From contig DDLW01000078.1 of assembly GCA_002340345.1 (NCBI GenBank), positions 1 through 43,269 on the forward strand: a stretch of 43,269 nucleotides of DNA, in the 5' to 3' direction. Position 1 is the first letter of the stretch. Each line of letters begins with the position of its first letter. Of this stretch, positions 20,010-29,984 are shown piece after piece. The position numbers were made by a program, and so were the translations under genes. Below the pieces are notes generated by a model. That model worked only from the letters and a program-made list of their open reading frames with translations. It was not told the origin of the DNA and searched no databases. The stretch comes from Alphaproteobacteria bacterium UBA2562. GTDB lineage: Bacteria > Pseudomonadota > Alphaproteobacteria > UBA2562.

Positions 20010-20531
20010 GTGGTTGACATAGATATGAGCTTTTTGGAATTTGAAACTCTTTCTGAAGCTATTTTAAAGGCCTGCCAAGACCGCCACTGGATGATCGCAA
20101 CAGCAGAATCCTGCACAGGCGGCATGATCGCTGCTGCTCTCACAGATATTGCAGGGTCATCAGCCGTTGTTGAACGCGGTTTTGTGACATATTCAAATCA
20201 AGCAAAACAAGACATGCTCTCGGTGCCATCAGAAATGATCACCTCTTTTGGCGCGGTCAGCACGGAAGTCGCGACTGCCATGGCATTTGGGGCTCTCCAA
20301 AATTCCCCGGCACATTTAGCACTTTCCGTCACTGGCATTGCAGGCCCCGGCGGCGCAACAAAAGAAAAACCCGTTGGCCTTGTCCATTTCGGCCTTGCGC
20401 GTCGAGACCATACAGAAAACGAACCCATACTTCTGAAGACAGAAAAACATATTTTCAAAGGAGACAGAACTTCAGTACGCCTGCAAACGCTTGGTCAGGC
20501 TTTATCGCTTTTACGACACGCAGCAGGATAA
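20010..20531 (+). CDS. CinA C-terminal domain protein / nicotinamide-nucleotide amidohydrolase PncC-like
   Basis: TAESCTGGMIAAALTDIAGSS, VTYSNQAK and SVTGIAGPGG motifs. The start is either GTG 20010 or ATG 20025. Confidence 0.85.
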   Translation: MVDIDMSFLEFETLSEAILKACQDRHWMIATAESCTGGMIAAALTDIAGSSAVVERGFVTYSNQAKQDMLSVPSEMITSFGAVSTEVATAMAFGALQNSPAHLALSVTGIAGPGGATKEKPVGLVHFGLARRDHTENEPILLKTEKHIFKGDRTSVRLQTLGQALSLLRHAAG

Positions 20532-20578
20532 AGAGTCCGATAAAATTTAAATAAGAGTGCCGATCGAAATCGTTTTTC

Positions 20579-21022
20579 TTAAGAGCTTTTGGGACCATAA
20601 ATTTCATTTGCGCGTTCTTCAAATGCGCCAACCATCCGACGCACAGCCTCACTAAACAGGGCTTCCATAATCTTCTGTAAAAGTTTCGAGCGAAATTCAA
20701 AATCAATGAAAAAATCGATGGTACAGCCGCCATCCTCTTCTGGAATAAAGATCCAATGGTTATTTAAATAATGAAAAGGTCCATCTTCATAAGTCACATC
20801 AATGCGATCTTTTGGCGTGAGCTTAACGCGTGATTGAAATCGTTCTCGGACCATTTTAAAGCCAACCAAGAGATCTGCAACAATCTCAGAATCGTTTTGA
20901 GATCGTATACGGCAGCCTGTGCACCAAGGCAGAAACTCTGGGTAACGCCTTACATCCTCAACGAGAGCATACATTTCTGCAGCAGAATGCGGTGATTTCC
21001 GTTTTTCTGCATGTGTTGGCAT
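20579..21022 (-). CDS. SRPBCC-fold protein of the RatA / COQ10 (polyketide cyclase-dehydrase) family
   Basis: 147 aa with VEDVRRYPEFLPWC near the N-terminus. It sits in the conserved position next to lipA, as in many alphaproteobacteria. Confidence 0.8.
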   Translation of the reverse strand: MPTHAEKRKSPHSAAEMYALVEDVRRYPEFLPWCTGCRIRSQNDSEIVADLLVGFKMVRERFQSRVKLTPKDRIDVTYEDGPFHYLNNHWIFIPEEDGGCTIDFFIDFEFRSKLLQKIMEALFSEAVRRMVGAFEERANEIYGPKSS

Positions 21023-21114
21023 AGAACCCCCGACAAAAGCAAAGGCTGATCAAAGCGGAATTTAGAGGGCAGCCCTTATAATTCCATAGACACAAACCGA
21101 TAAAAGAAGAGAGA

Positions 21115-22053
21115 TCAAGCCTCTTTTAAAAGTTTCTTTTCACGCGCGGCACGGAGCTTCTGAAAATCATCCCCAGCAAAATAAGAGCTTCTTGTGAGCG
21201 GTGTCGCTGAAACCATCAAAAACCCTTTTCCTCTTGCCAGGCCTGCATAGGATTCAAATTCTTCAGGTGTGACGAAACGGTCTACGGCAGCATGTTTGAC
21301 TGTTGGCTGAAGATATTGGCCAATGGTGAGAAAATCGACATCAGCAGCCCTGAGGTCGTCCATAACTTGTGAGATCTCTTCTTTCGTTTCGCCGAGCCCC
21401 ACCATAATACCAGATTTTGTGAACATGGATGGATCGAGCACTTTGACACGATGCAGCAGCTCAAGACTTGTAAAATAGCGCGCGCCTGGACGAATAGAAG
21501 GGTAAAGCCTTGGGACTGTTTCAAGGTTATGGTTAAAAACGTCGGGTTTCGCCTCGACAACAGTTTCTATAGCCCCTGTTTTTCCTTTAAAATCAGGCGT
21601 TAAAATTTCAATCGTCGCCTGCGGCGCCTCTTTCCGTATGGCCGCAATCACCTGAGAAAAATGCGCAGCCCCCCCATCTCGCAAATCATCGCGGTCAACG
21701 GAGGTCAAAACGACATGCTGCAAGTCTAGTTTTTTGACCGCTAACGCCGTATTGAGTGGCTCCATCGGATCTAAGGGCGCCGGCTGACCCGTGGCGACAT
21801 TACAAAAAGCACAAGCTCTTGTGCAGATCTCGCCCATAATCATCATGGTCGCATGTTTTTTTTCCCAACATTGACCAATATTTGGACAGGCTGCTTCTTC
21901 ACACACAGTATGAAGTTTATGTTCTCGCATCAGCGACCGCGTTTCACTATATCCCTGGGAGGTTGGCGCCTTCACACGAATCCATTCTGGCTTGCGCTGG
22001 ATTGGGTTATCTGGGCGGTGGGCTTTTTCAGGATGGCGAAGAGAAGCGGTCAT
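21115..22053 (-). CDS. lipA: Lipoyl synthase
   Basis: Radical-SAM CxxxCxxC (CTRACAFC) plus the N-terminal cluster motif [12 protein letters not shown]. The ATG at 22053 has GGAGGAA 5 nt upstream. The ORF-track start at 22068 is TTG. Confidence 0.93.
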   Translation of the reverse strand: MTASLRHPEKAHRPDNPIQRKPEWIRVKAPTSQGYSETRSLMREHKLHTVCEEAACPNIGQCWEKKHATMMIMGEICTRACAFCNVATGQPAPLDPMEPLNTALAVKKLDLQHVVLTSVDRDDLRDGGAAHFSQVIAAIRKEAPQATIEILTPDFKGKTGAIETVVEAKPDVFNHNLETVPRLYPSIRPGARYFTSLELLHRVKVLDPSMFTKSGIMVGLGETKEEISQVMDDLRAADVDFLTIGQYLQPTVKHAAVDRFVTPEEFESYAGLARGKGFLMVSATPLTRSSYFAGDDFQKLRAAREKKLLKEA

Positions 22054-22159
22054 AGTTTCCTCCGGCAACCAGAGGGTCTGTCCTCTGGCAGCCTGTTATT
22101 CATTTCTATGCTAACGTGAAACACGTCATGGCAACGTTGCGGCACGCAACAAAAAGAAA

Positions 22160-22204
22160 GCTGTTGAAAAGACAAATATAATACATTTTGTTCTTTTCAA
22201 CAGC
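22160..22204 (-). terminator. Rho-independent terminator downstream of lpd
   Basis: Arms GCTGTTGAAAAG (22160-22171) and CTTTTCAACAGC (22193-22204), extendable inward with one bulge. On the minus strand the hairpin is followed by CTTTCTTTTTGTTG. Confidence 0.7.
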
Positions 22205-22235
22205 CAAATTATTTTACTCTGGAAAGGTGCTGATT

Positions 22236-23648
22236 CTAGAAATGAATCGCACGGCCATAAGCATCCAGGATAGATTCATGCATCATTTCGGACAGTGTTG
22301 GATGTGGGAACACGGTATGCATGAGGTCTTCTTCTGTCGTTTCCAAAGTCATCGCAATACCATAACCTTGGATGAGTTCGGTGACTTCGGCACCAATCAT
22401 ATGGGCTCCCAATAATTCACCTGTTTTGGCATCAAGAATGGTTTTGATCATGCCTTCAGGTTCACCAAGAGCAATCGCTTTCCCGCTCCCTAAGAAAGGA
22501 AAACGGCCAATTTTGAGGTCATAGCCTTTTTCTTTTGCCGCTTTTTCGGTCAAGCCCACACTGGCGACTTGGGGATGGCAATAGGTACAGCCTGGAATCT
22601 TGCGCACATCTAAAGGATGGACGGGTTTCCCTGCAATACGCTCAACACAAATAATTCCTTCATGGCTTGCTTTATGGGCGAGCCAAGGGGCGCCCGCAAC
22701 ATCACCAATGGCATAAACGCCAGCTTCGCCTGTCTCTAGCCACTCATTCGTGACAATATGTGTTTTTTCAACTTTGACCTTTGTATTTTCAAGGCCAATA
22801 TTTTCAACATTGCCAACAATACCAACCGCCATAATCACACGATCCACTGTGACTTGTTGGCTTTTTCCTTTGGTCTCAATTGTAACCGTCGCTTGATCCC
22901 CTTGTTTATCAATGGCTTTGACGGTTGCTGCGGTCATGATTTTCATGCCTTGTTTTTCAAAGGCTTTTTGTGCCATGGCCGAAATTTCATCATCTTCGAC
23001 AGGCAAGACTTTATCCATCACTTCAACAATCGTAACCTCTGCGCCTAAGGTATTAAAAAAGCTCGCAAATTCAATACCGATTGCGCCACTCCCGACAACC
23101 AAAAGCTTTTTGGGGACAGATTGAGGCACCAAAGCTTCTTTGTAAGTCCAAACGATTTTGCCATCAGGTTCTAGCCCTGGGAGCGCTCTTGCCCGTGCGC
23201 CCGTGGCAAGAATAATATGTTTTGCTTTAACATCAGAAACTTTTTTGCCATCTTTTTCAACGGACAAAGGCCGTAGACCAGCGGCCATGGGGCCTGCTAA
23301 TTTGGCATGCCCATCAATGACAGTGACTTTATTTTTTTTAAGCAAATGTTTCACACCGCTTGAAAGCTGTGTTGCAACACCGCGAGACCGTTTTACGATG
23401 CCAGCAAGATCAAAATTGGCTTTTTCAACACGCAAGCCATAGTCTTTCGCATGCTGCATATAATGATAAATTTCAGCAGATCTTAAAAGAGCCTTTGTCG
23501 GAATACAGCCCCAATTCAAACAGATACCACCTAAATGTTCACGTTCTACAAGAGCTGTTTTAAACCCCAATTGAGACGCACGAATAGCTGTGACATAGCC
23601 CCCTGGGCCGCCACCAACAACAATCACATCATAATTTGTATCGGACAC
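22236..23648 (-). CDS. lpdA: Dihydrolipoyl dehydrogenase (E3)
   Basis: YDVIVVGGGPGGY FAD motif, redox-active CLNWGCIPTK, and a C-terminal HPTLSE. The likely start is GTG 23648, preceded by AGGGGGAAG. The ORF-track ATG at 23663 is part of that SD region. Confidence 0.93.
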   Translation of the reverse strand: MSDTNYDVIVVGGGPGGYVTAIRASQLGFKTALVEREHLGGICLNWGCIPTKALLRSAEIYHYMQHAKDYGLRVEKANFDLAGIVKRSRGVATQLSSGVKHLLKKNKVTVIDGHAKLAGPMAAGLRPLSVEKDGKKVSDVKAKHIILATGARARALPGLEPDGKIVWTYKEALVPQSVPKKLLVVGSGAIGIEFASFFNTLGAEVTIVEVMDKVLPVEDDEISAMAQKAFEKQGMKIMTAATVKAIDKQGDQATVTIETKGKSQQVTVDRVIMAVGIVGNVENIGLENTKVKVEKTHIVTNEWLETGEAGVYAIGDVAGAPWLAHKASHEGIICVERIAGKPVHPLDVRKIPGCTYCHPQVASVGLTEKAAKEKGYDLKIGRFPFLGSGKAIALGEPEGMIKTILDAKTGELLGAHMIGAEVTELIQGYGIAMTLETTEEDLMHTVFPHPTLSEMMHESILDAYGRAIHF

Positions 23649-23805
23649 AGTCTTCCCCCTCATTGTTTGCTTTTAAGGTTTTGCAAAACAGATTTGATCG
23701 GTTTTTGCTCTTACTATGTAGTTTTAAGACTCTTGGAAAAAGCCTTTTTGCTTGCGATCGCATCTCAGGCTTTTTCCATTTTTATCATAAGATTATCAGA
23801 GATTC

Positions 23806-25128
23806 TTAAAGCAACATCGCAAGTGGATCTTCAATGAGTTTCTTAAATTCCGCGAGGAATTCTGCGCCAACAGCACCATCAACCACCCTGTGATCAACAG
23901 ATAAAGTGCAACTCATCATTGTTGCAATCGACAGGCTTCCATCCTTGACAAGAGGACGTTGCTCGCCTTTACCAACAGCCAAAATGCATCCCTGAGGTGG
24001 ATTAATGACCGCTGAGAATTCACGAATACCAAACATGCCAAGGTTAGAAATTGAGAAACCACCACCTTGATATTCTTCAGGCATGAGTTTCCCATCTTTC
24101 GCACGATTGGCCAGATCTTTCATTTCAGCAGAAATGGTCGCAAGACCCTTTTGATCCGCGTTTTTGATGATAGGGGTAATAAGACCACCGGGAATAGCAA
24201 CAGCAACAGAAACATCAACATTTTGCCATTGCAGGACACAATCATCAGACCAAGATGCATTGGCCGTTGGTACTTTCTGTAAGGCTAAAGCCGTTGCCCG
24301 GATGATAAAATCATTCACAGAAATTTTCAGGCCTTCAGCTTTACCATTCAGCTCTTTACGGGTTGCCAGCAGCTTATCAAGTTCGCAATCAATGGTCAGA
24401 TAGAAATGCGGAATATCTTGCTTGGCTTCGGTGAGGCGCTTTGCAATTGTTTTGCGCATCGAAGTATGGGCAATTTCGGTATAGGGCGCATTGCCAGCCA
24501 TGGCAGCGACTTGGTCTTTGGACAAGGTGGCTGAGGCCGCCTTTGCTGGCGCCGCCGCTTTGTCCGCTGCTGGTGTCGCTGTCGCAGGAAGCGCTTTGCC
24601 TGTCCCTGCCGCTAGTGCAGCTTCAACATCTGCTTTGACAATCCGGCCTTTCGGTCCCGACCCTTTTAAAAGGGAGAGCTCCAAACCTTCTTGCTGGGCA
24701 ATGCGACGTGCCAAGGGGCTTGCAAAAATACGCCCACCCGTTTTTTCCGCAGGAAGTGCATTTGCCGCTGGTGCTGCGGTTTTCTGCTCTGCTGCGGCAA
24801 CAGCGCTTGGAGGTGCTTCTTGTGGTGCTGGCGCTGCGCCACCTGCCGCTGATGCCGTATAATTTGCTAAAGCCGCCGCATCTTCGCCCTCTTCCAGCAA
24901 AAGAGCGATCACACTATTCACGGCAACCCCTTCGCTGCCTTCTGAAACAATGATTTTGCCGATCGTGCCTTCATCAACGGCTTCGACTTCCATTGTTGCT
25001 TTATCGGTCTCAATTTCAGCGATGACATCACCAGCACTGATGCTATCACCTTCTTTAACCACCCATTTGGCGAGGGTGCCTTCTGTCATGGTCGGCGACA
25101 AAGCCGGCATGAGAATTTCCGTTGGCAT
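23806..25128 (-). CDS. pdhC: Pyruvate dehydrogenase E2, dihydrolipoyllysine-residue acetyltransferase
   Basis: N-terminal lipoyl domain ([12 protein letters not shown]), an Ala/Pro linker, a subunit-binding domain (ASPLARRIA), and the catalytic DHRVVDG motif. Confidence 0.93.
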   Translation of the reverse strand: MPTEILMPALSPTMTEGTLAKWVVKEGDSISAGDVIAEIETDKATMEVEAVDEGTIGKIIVSEGSEGVAVNSVIALLLEEGEDAAALANYTASAAGGAAPAPQEAPPSAVAAAEQKTAAPAANALPAEKTGGRIFASPLARRIAQQEGLELSLLKGSGPKGRIVKADVEAALAAGTGKALPATATPAADKAAAPAKAASATLSKDQVAAMAGNAPYTEIAHTSMRKTIAKRLTEAKQDIPHFYLTIDCELDKLLATRKELNGKAEGLKISVNDFIIRATALALQKVPTANASWSDDCVLQWQNVDVSVAVAIPGGLITPIIKNADQKGLATISAEMKDLANRAKDGKLMPEEYQGGGFSISNLGMFGIREFSAVINPPQGCILAVGKGEQRPLVKDGSLSIATMMSCTLSVDHRVVDGAVGAEFLAEFKKLIEDPLAMLL

Positions 25129-25345
25129 GATTTCTCCCTCTCGGATTATTGGCCGTCTGTTTGCTGAAAGCGCCCGTCATAAAGCAAAGACATGATCAGG
25201 CTGCAAAAAATCTAGATCAGAAAAGAAACAAACAGACAATTTGCTTTTAAGCGTTTTTTCAATGCATAGGTGTGAAAAGCAAGCTTCAAATGACCGTCGT
25301 CTTTGTCTTTTGCTCTTCACACCTGCTTATGCAGATTATTGCTTT

Positions 25346-26725
25346 TTATGAAGCACGATAGCTCACTTGCTTCGCGGCTGCTGCAATCCGCTCGGGGCTT
25401 GGTAAAGCCAAGGCTTCGAGATTTGCGGCATAAGGCATGGGAACATCTTCCCCACAAACCCGCACCAAAGGCGCATCGAGCCAATCAAAAGCGTCTTCCA
25501 TCATGACCGCTGCCAGCTCAGAGCCAATCCCTGCAAAGGGCCAGCCTTCTTCGACGGAGACAATGCGGTTGGTTTTTTGCACAGATTTGACAATCGTCGC
25601 GGTGTCAAGAGGGCGCAAAGTCCGCAGATTGATCACTTCGGCGTCGATGCCCTCTGCGGCTAAGAGGTCTGCAGCCTCTAAAGCCGTGCCAACCATGCGA
25701 GAAAATGCTGTAATGGTGACGTCTTTCCCAGGACGCTCAATTTTCGCACGACCAATCGGAAGAACCCAATCATCTATGTCTGGAATATCAAAGCTCTGCC
25801 CATACATGACCTCATTTTCAAGGAAAATGATGGGGTTTGGGTCACGGATCGCGGCTTTGAGCAAGCCTTTCGCATCAGAAGCATTCCATGGCGCAATGAC
25901 TTTAAGGCCGGGACAGTGGGCATACCAACTTGCATAGCATTGAGAATGCTGTGCCGCGACCCGTGCTGCTGCCCCATTGGGCCCCCGGAATGTGATTGGA
26001 CATCCCATTTGTCCACCAGACATATAGAGTGTTTTTGCCGCAGAGTTGAGAATATGATCAACCGCCTGCATGGCGAAGTTCCATGTCATGAACTCAACAA
26101 TCGGCGACAGCTTATCAAAAGCAGCCCCGACCGCCAGGCCAGCAAATCCATGCTCTGTGATTGGCGTATCAATCACGCGTTTTGCACCAAATTCATCAAG
26201 AAGGCCTTGGCTGACTTTATAAGCCCCTTGATATTCGGCAACTTCTTCCCCCATAAGGAAGACATCCTGATTACGACGCATTTCCTCAGCCATAGCGTCC
26301 CGCAAGGCTTCCCGCACGGTGACACGACGCGTCGGCCCTGTCCATTCAGGTTCTGGTGCCGGGTCATCACTTGGATGATTGACGACAGCAGCAGGTGCGG
26401 TTTCTAAGGCTGCGGGGCTTTCTGGGGCGGCTGGCGCGGCGGTTGCTGCTTGATCAGCCCCTTCTAAAGCAGAGGCGTCTTCTCCTTCTTCTAACAGAAG
26501 CGCAATGAGGCTATTCACAGCAACATTTTCTGTCCCCTCAGGAACAAGGATTTTCCCCAATGTTCCCTCATCAACCGCTTCAACTTCCATTGTTGCTTTA
26601 TCGGTTTCGATTTCAGCGATGACGTCACCCGCAGCGACGTTGTCCCCTTCTGTCTTCACCCATTTAGCAAGCGTGCCTTCTGTCATCGTTGGCGATAAAG
26701 CAGGCATAAGCACTTGGATTGGCAT
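25346..26725 (-). CDS. pdhB: Pyruvate dehydrogenase E1 beta subunit with N-terminal lipoyl domain
   Basis: A lipoyl domain ([12 protein letters not shown]) is fused to a transketolase-like E1-beta body ([17 protein letters not shown]...). This is the alphaproteobacterial architecture. Confidence 0.93.
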   Translation of the reverse strand: MPIQVLMPALSPTMTEGTLAKWVKTEGDNVAAGDVIAEIETDKATMEVEAVDEGTLGKILVPEGTENVAVNSLIALLLEEGEDASALEGADQAATAAPAAPESPAALETAPAAVVNHPSDDPAPEPEWTGPTRRVTVREALRDAMAEEMRRNQDVFLMGEEVAEYQGAYKVSQGLLDEFGAKRVIDTPITEHGFAGLAVGAAFDKLSPIVEFMTWNFAMQAVDHILNSAAKTLYMSGGQMGCPITFRGPNGAAARVAAQHSQCYASWYAHCPGLKVIAPWNASDAKGLLKAAIRDPNPIIFLENEVMYGQSFDIPDIDDWVLPIGRAKIERPGKDVTITAFSRMVGTALEAADLLAAEGIDAEVINLRTLRPLDTATIVKSVQKTNRIVSVEEGWPFAGIGSELAAVMMEDAFDWLDAPLVRVCGEDVPMPYAANLEALALPSPERIAAAAKQVSYRAS

Positions 26726-26899
26726 TCCCTTCCTCCCAGGAAGTGCGCCTCATCACCAAAGGCTATAGGCGCCAAAGGCTGTAGGCATAGTGTCTGAAAT
26801 CTGCTCTCGGTTTATGGCAAACCGACGCATAGCGTCACCTTCTGTTCTGAGAAACAAAGACAAAGGACGATTGTCTTCCCCTCTCAAGAAAGACGGGAT

Positions 26900-27943
26900 T
26901 TAAACATCAACCAAAATGTCAGTATAAAGTTCAGACGGATCGGGTTCAGGGCTGCTTTGAGAGAACTCAGCTGATTTGGATACGATGTCTTTAATTTCTT
27001 TATCAATATCCTTGAAGGTCTGTTCTTCAGCTTCCCCAAGATCGAGCATACTCAAACGAAGATGATCAATAGGATCACGCTCCGCTTTCATTTTATTCAC
27101 TTCTTCTTTTGTGCGGTATTTTGCAGGGTCAGACATAGAGTGGCCGCGATAGCGATATGTCTTCATTTCAAGGATATAAGGGCCTTTACCAGCACGAATA
27201 TGGGCGACCGCTTTTGCTGCGGCTTCTTTGACTTTCAGCACATCCATGCCATCGACTTCTTCGCCTGGGATGTCGTAGCTGGCGCCACGGTTGCAGAGTT
27301 GCGTATTGGCTGAGGCGCGTGCAACAGCAGTTCCCATAGCATATTGATTATTCTCAATAATATAAAGAACTGGCAATTCCCATAACGACGCCATATTGAA
27401 GGCTTCGTAGACTTGCCCTTGGTTAATCGCACCATCTCCCGTGTAGGTTACACTGATGCCACCATCTTCTTTATATTTATGCGCAAAAGCCAAACCGGTG
27501 CCGAGGGGCACTTGCGCTCCGACGATGCCATGGCCGCCAAAAAAACGTTTTTCGCGGCTAAACATATGCATTGAGCCGCCTTTGCCCTTTGAATAGCCGC
27601 CCCGTCGTCCTGTTAACTCTGCCATGACGCCATTGGCTTCCATGCCGCATGCAAGCATGTGGCCATGATCGCGATAAGATGTGATGACGCTATCTTTTTC
27701 CGTCAATACAGCTTGTACGCCCGTTACAACAGCTTCCTGGCCGATATAGAGGTGACAGAAACCGCCAATGAGGCCCATCCCGTAAAGTTGGCCTGCGCGT
27801 TCCTCAAATCGGCGAATGAGAAGCATTTCGCGGTAATATTTCAGCAAAGTTTCAACATCGGGGCGTTTATTCCCACCTCCGGCTGTTGTCTTCCTCCCAG
27901 CAGTGGCCACGGCCACCTCCTTTTGCTTTTGCTGTTTCGTCAT
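26900..27943 (-). CDS. pdhA: Pyruvate dehydrogenase E1 alpha subunit
   Basis: ThDP-binding region GDGAINQG...ENNQYAMGT and the YRYRGHSMSDP phosphorylation-loop-like motif. Confidence 0.93.
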   Translation of the reverse strand: MTKQQKQKEVAVATAGRKTTAGGGNKRPDVETLLKYYREMLLIRRFEERAGQLYGMGLIGGFCHLYIGQEAVVTGVQAVLTEKDSVITSYRDHGHMLACGMEANGVMAELTGRRGGYSKGKGGSMHMFSREKRFFGGHGIVGAQVPLGTGLAFAHKYKEDGGISVTYTGDGAINQGQVYEAFNMASLWELPVLYIIENNQYAMGTAVARASANTQLCNRGASYDIPGEEVDGMDVLKVKEAAAKAVAHIRAGKGPYILEMKTYRYRGHSMSDPAKYRTKEEVNKMKAERDPIDHLRLSMLDLGEAEEQTFKDIDKEIKDIVSKSAEFSQSSPEPDPSELYTDILVDV

Positions 27944-28103
27944 TGCGATGTAGAAAACATTTAAAAGCGCCTTATTTTTCAGCGCTGCCTATTTCCTGAT
28001 CACCGCCTCGCAGACAAATATACAAGAGCTTCAGCGTAAGAAAACCAATTAATGACGAAATATTTTTTATCTTATAGGCGGGTAATCACCTTTTCGCACA
28101 TGC

Positions 28104-28138
28104 AAAAAACCCGACGGAGTAATAATCCGTCGGGTTTT
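28104..28138 (-). terminator. Rho-independent (sequence-symmetric) terminator downstream of the orphan 431-aa gene
   Basis: A6, then CCCGACGG (28110-28117), a 9-nt loop, CCGTCGGG (28127-28134), then T4. Read on the minus strand, the stem is followed by TTTTTT. Confidence 0.85.
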
Positions 28139-28263
28139 AGAAAGGATAGAGAACACAAATTACACAGAACTTTACTTCATCGGATGTTTCATTACCGGGA
28201 AAGCCATATGACTGTCATAAATATTTCTTTATTAGAGCTTTCGAAGATATCTAAAAGATATCC

Positions 28264-29559
28264 TCAAACACCATATTCTTCCCGCACTGCAGCTGGAATT
28301 TCTCGCATTTCATCCAGCGCAATTTGTAAGAGTTCGGCATGAAACCATGCTTTGGCCTTTTCTATGTCGTCTCCAACGACAACAGTGGGGAGAATCAGGA
28401 CAGGTTCTGCGCGACGTCCGTAAAGGAAAAATGTGATTGGACGTTTGCCTTCTGCTTTGAGCATCTGTTTGGTAATGGGCTGTGGCGCTTGGGCAAAAAA
28501 AGCTTTTCTCGTCATGCGCCAACCTTCTTGGCCGGCATAGTCCTTTTGGCTCGCAGAAGGATATTTCTGGCGTAAAGACATGAATTCAGAGTCATTCCGT
28601 GCCGCTTGTACTTTCTTATACATTTCTAATTTCTCAGGGGCCTCTTCATCCCCTTTTTTCTCTTCGACGTCTTCATCTTCTTTTGGGCGCTGGAATTTCT
28701 GAATGACCTTATAAGCCTCGCTTTCTTCGAAGGTAGGAATATGGCTATCAAGGTCTTTCTTTAATTGCACACCCCCCGTTAAAGCCAATTGATCTGCCTT
28801 AGACAGCCCCTCTTCTTCTGTATTTGGTACTGTTTTCTCGCTTGGGCTTTGCCTTATATCCGCTGTTGTTGTCGCCGTCTTGTTTCCTGTAGAGTCTTTT
28901 TGTGCTTGGGACTTGGGCTGTGCAGAAGAAGGTTGCTTTTTAGGCTGTATTTTAGGGGTTGGCGCCTTAGCCTGCTCTGTTCTAGGCGCATGGGCTTGTT
29001 TTGCCGCTGGGGTCTTTGCTGATTTCTGAGAGACGTCTTCGGAAGGAGACTCAGTTTTTACAGCGGCCTTCTTTTCTATTTTCGCTGTTTTCGGGGCAAT
29101 CACCGGCTTTTTCGTGTGTGCCTCATTTTGTGTGGTAGGTTTCTTTTTGGCGTCAGAACTTGCTTTAGGCAGTGTTTTGCCTTGATATTTTTTATCAATT
29201 GCCGTTTGCACCATAGCTTGGCTATCATGCAGAGGGGAAGGCGATGAAACAGGTCCTTGTCCTGCGGGAACCTCAAGAGAAGAGTTGGCAGATGCGCTAT
29301 CTTGCTGTGTAGCATTATTGTGTATGACTGCTTGTGCTTGTTGGCCATACTCAGAATGTTCGGCACACCAATGCTGTGCCCGTGTTGCTGGCCAGACCGT
29401 ACGAATGCCCCATTTCCCAGTTTTAGCACTCGGTAAAGCAATAGCAATTGGAGGTTGTCTCCGACATTCCCCGGTCTCCATGCCTGGAGAGTCCGAAGGG
29501 GCTTGGGTTGACAAGAGCCACCAACGGCAATTTTTACATTTTTCTTTACTCTCAGCCAT
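28264..29559 (-). CDS. Orphan hypothetical protein: 4-Cys N-terminal module, ~250-aa Lys/Pro/Gln/Ala/Thr-rich low-complexity region, unrecognised ~100-aa C-terminal domain
   Basis: Long uninterrupted ORF. The ATG at 29559 has AGGAG 9 nt upstream; the ORF-track start at 29586 is TTG. The gene has its own terminator. I recognise no family. Confidence 0.7.
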   Translation of the reverse strand: MAESKEKCKNCRWWLLSTQAPSDSPGMETGECRRQPPIAIALPSAKTGKWGIRTVWPATRAQHWCAEHSEYGQQAQAVIHNNATQQDSASANSSLEVPAGQGPVSSPSPLHDSQAMVQTAIDKKYQGKTLPKASSDAKKKPTTQNEAHTKKPVIAPKTAKIEKKAAVKTESPSEDVSQKSAKTPAAKQAHAPRTEQAKAPTPKIQPKKQPSSAQPKSQAQKDSTGNKTATTTADIRQSPSEKTVPNTEEEGLSKADQLALTGGVQLKKDLDSHIPTFEESEAYKVIQKFQRPKEDEDVEEKKGDEEAPEKLEMYKKVQAARNDSEFMSLRQKYPSASQKDYAGQEGWRMTRKAFFAQAPQPITKQMLKAEGKRPITFFLYGRRAEPVLILPTVVVGDDIEKAKAWFHAELLQIALDEMREIPAAVREEYGV

Positions 29560-29984
29560 CGGATGGGGCTCCTGGCAGGCTTTCAAAACTTTTCGAAAGA
29601 GATTGGAACACGCAATATTATTTATAGCTAAACAAATCGACCAAGCTTATGGGATAAAAAGCAAAATGATGTGTTTATGATTTTAGCTCATCTTTACGTA
29701 AACGCAAAACCAATGAGAATTACACGAAAGAATTTCCAGTCATTTTCCGGTAAAAATGAGGAAAATACAGCATTTTGCCAAAAAAATTGCTCAGCTACTC
29801 AATATTTTCTAGAAATGCTGTCAATCATGAGCTTACCTATGTCTACGATATCGTGTCATAAGATGCACCAAGAAAAACAAGTCCTAAACACACCAAATAC
29901 TCTTTCTATACAAGAAAAAAGCATGCTCCCCCGCCCATAAACCGCAAAAATCTAGTCTAAGTCGATCATAATTACAGAAATCCA

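Noticed and set aside
23735-23777. GGAAAAAGCC...GGCTTTTTCC inverted repeat between pdhC and lpd, considered as a terminator
   Set aside because: On the coding (minus) strand no U-tract follows the stem. lpd is expected to be co-transcribed with pdhC. I did not call it as a feature.
25437-26407. Long antisense ORFs (166 and 163 aa) inside pdhB, with similar ones inside pdhC, ntrX, ntrC, tpiA and secG
   Set aside because: They lie entirely opposite well-supported conserved genes and have Ser/Arg/Cys/Pro-rich composition with no recognisable motifs. They are typical shadow ORFs.
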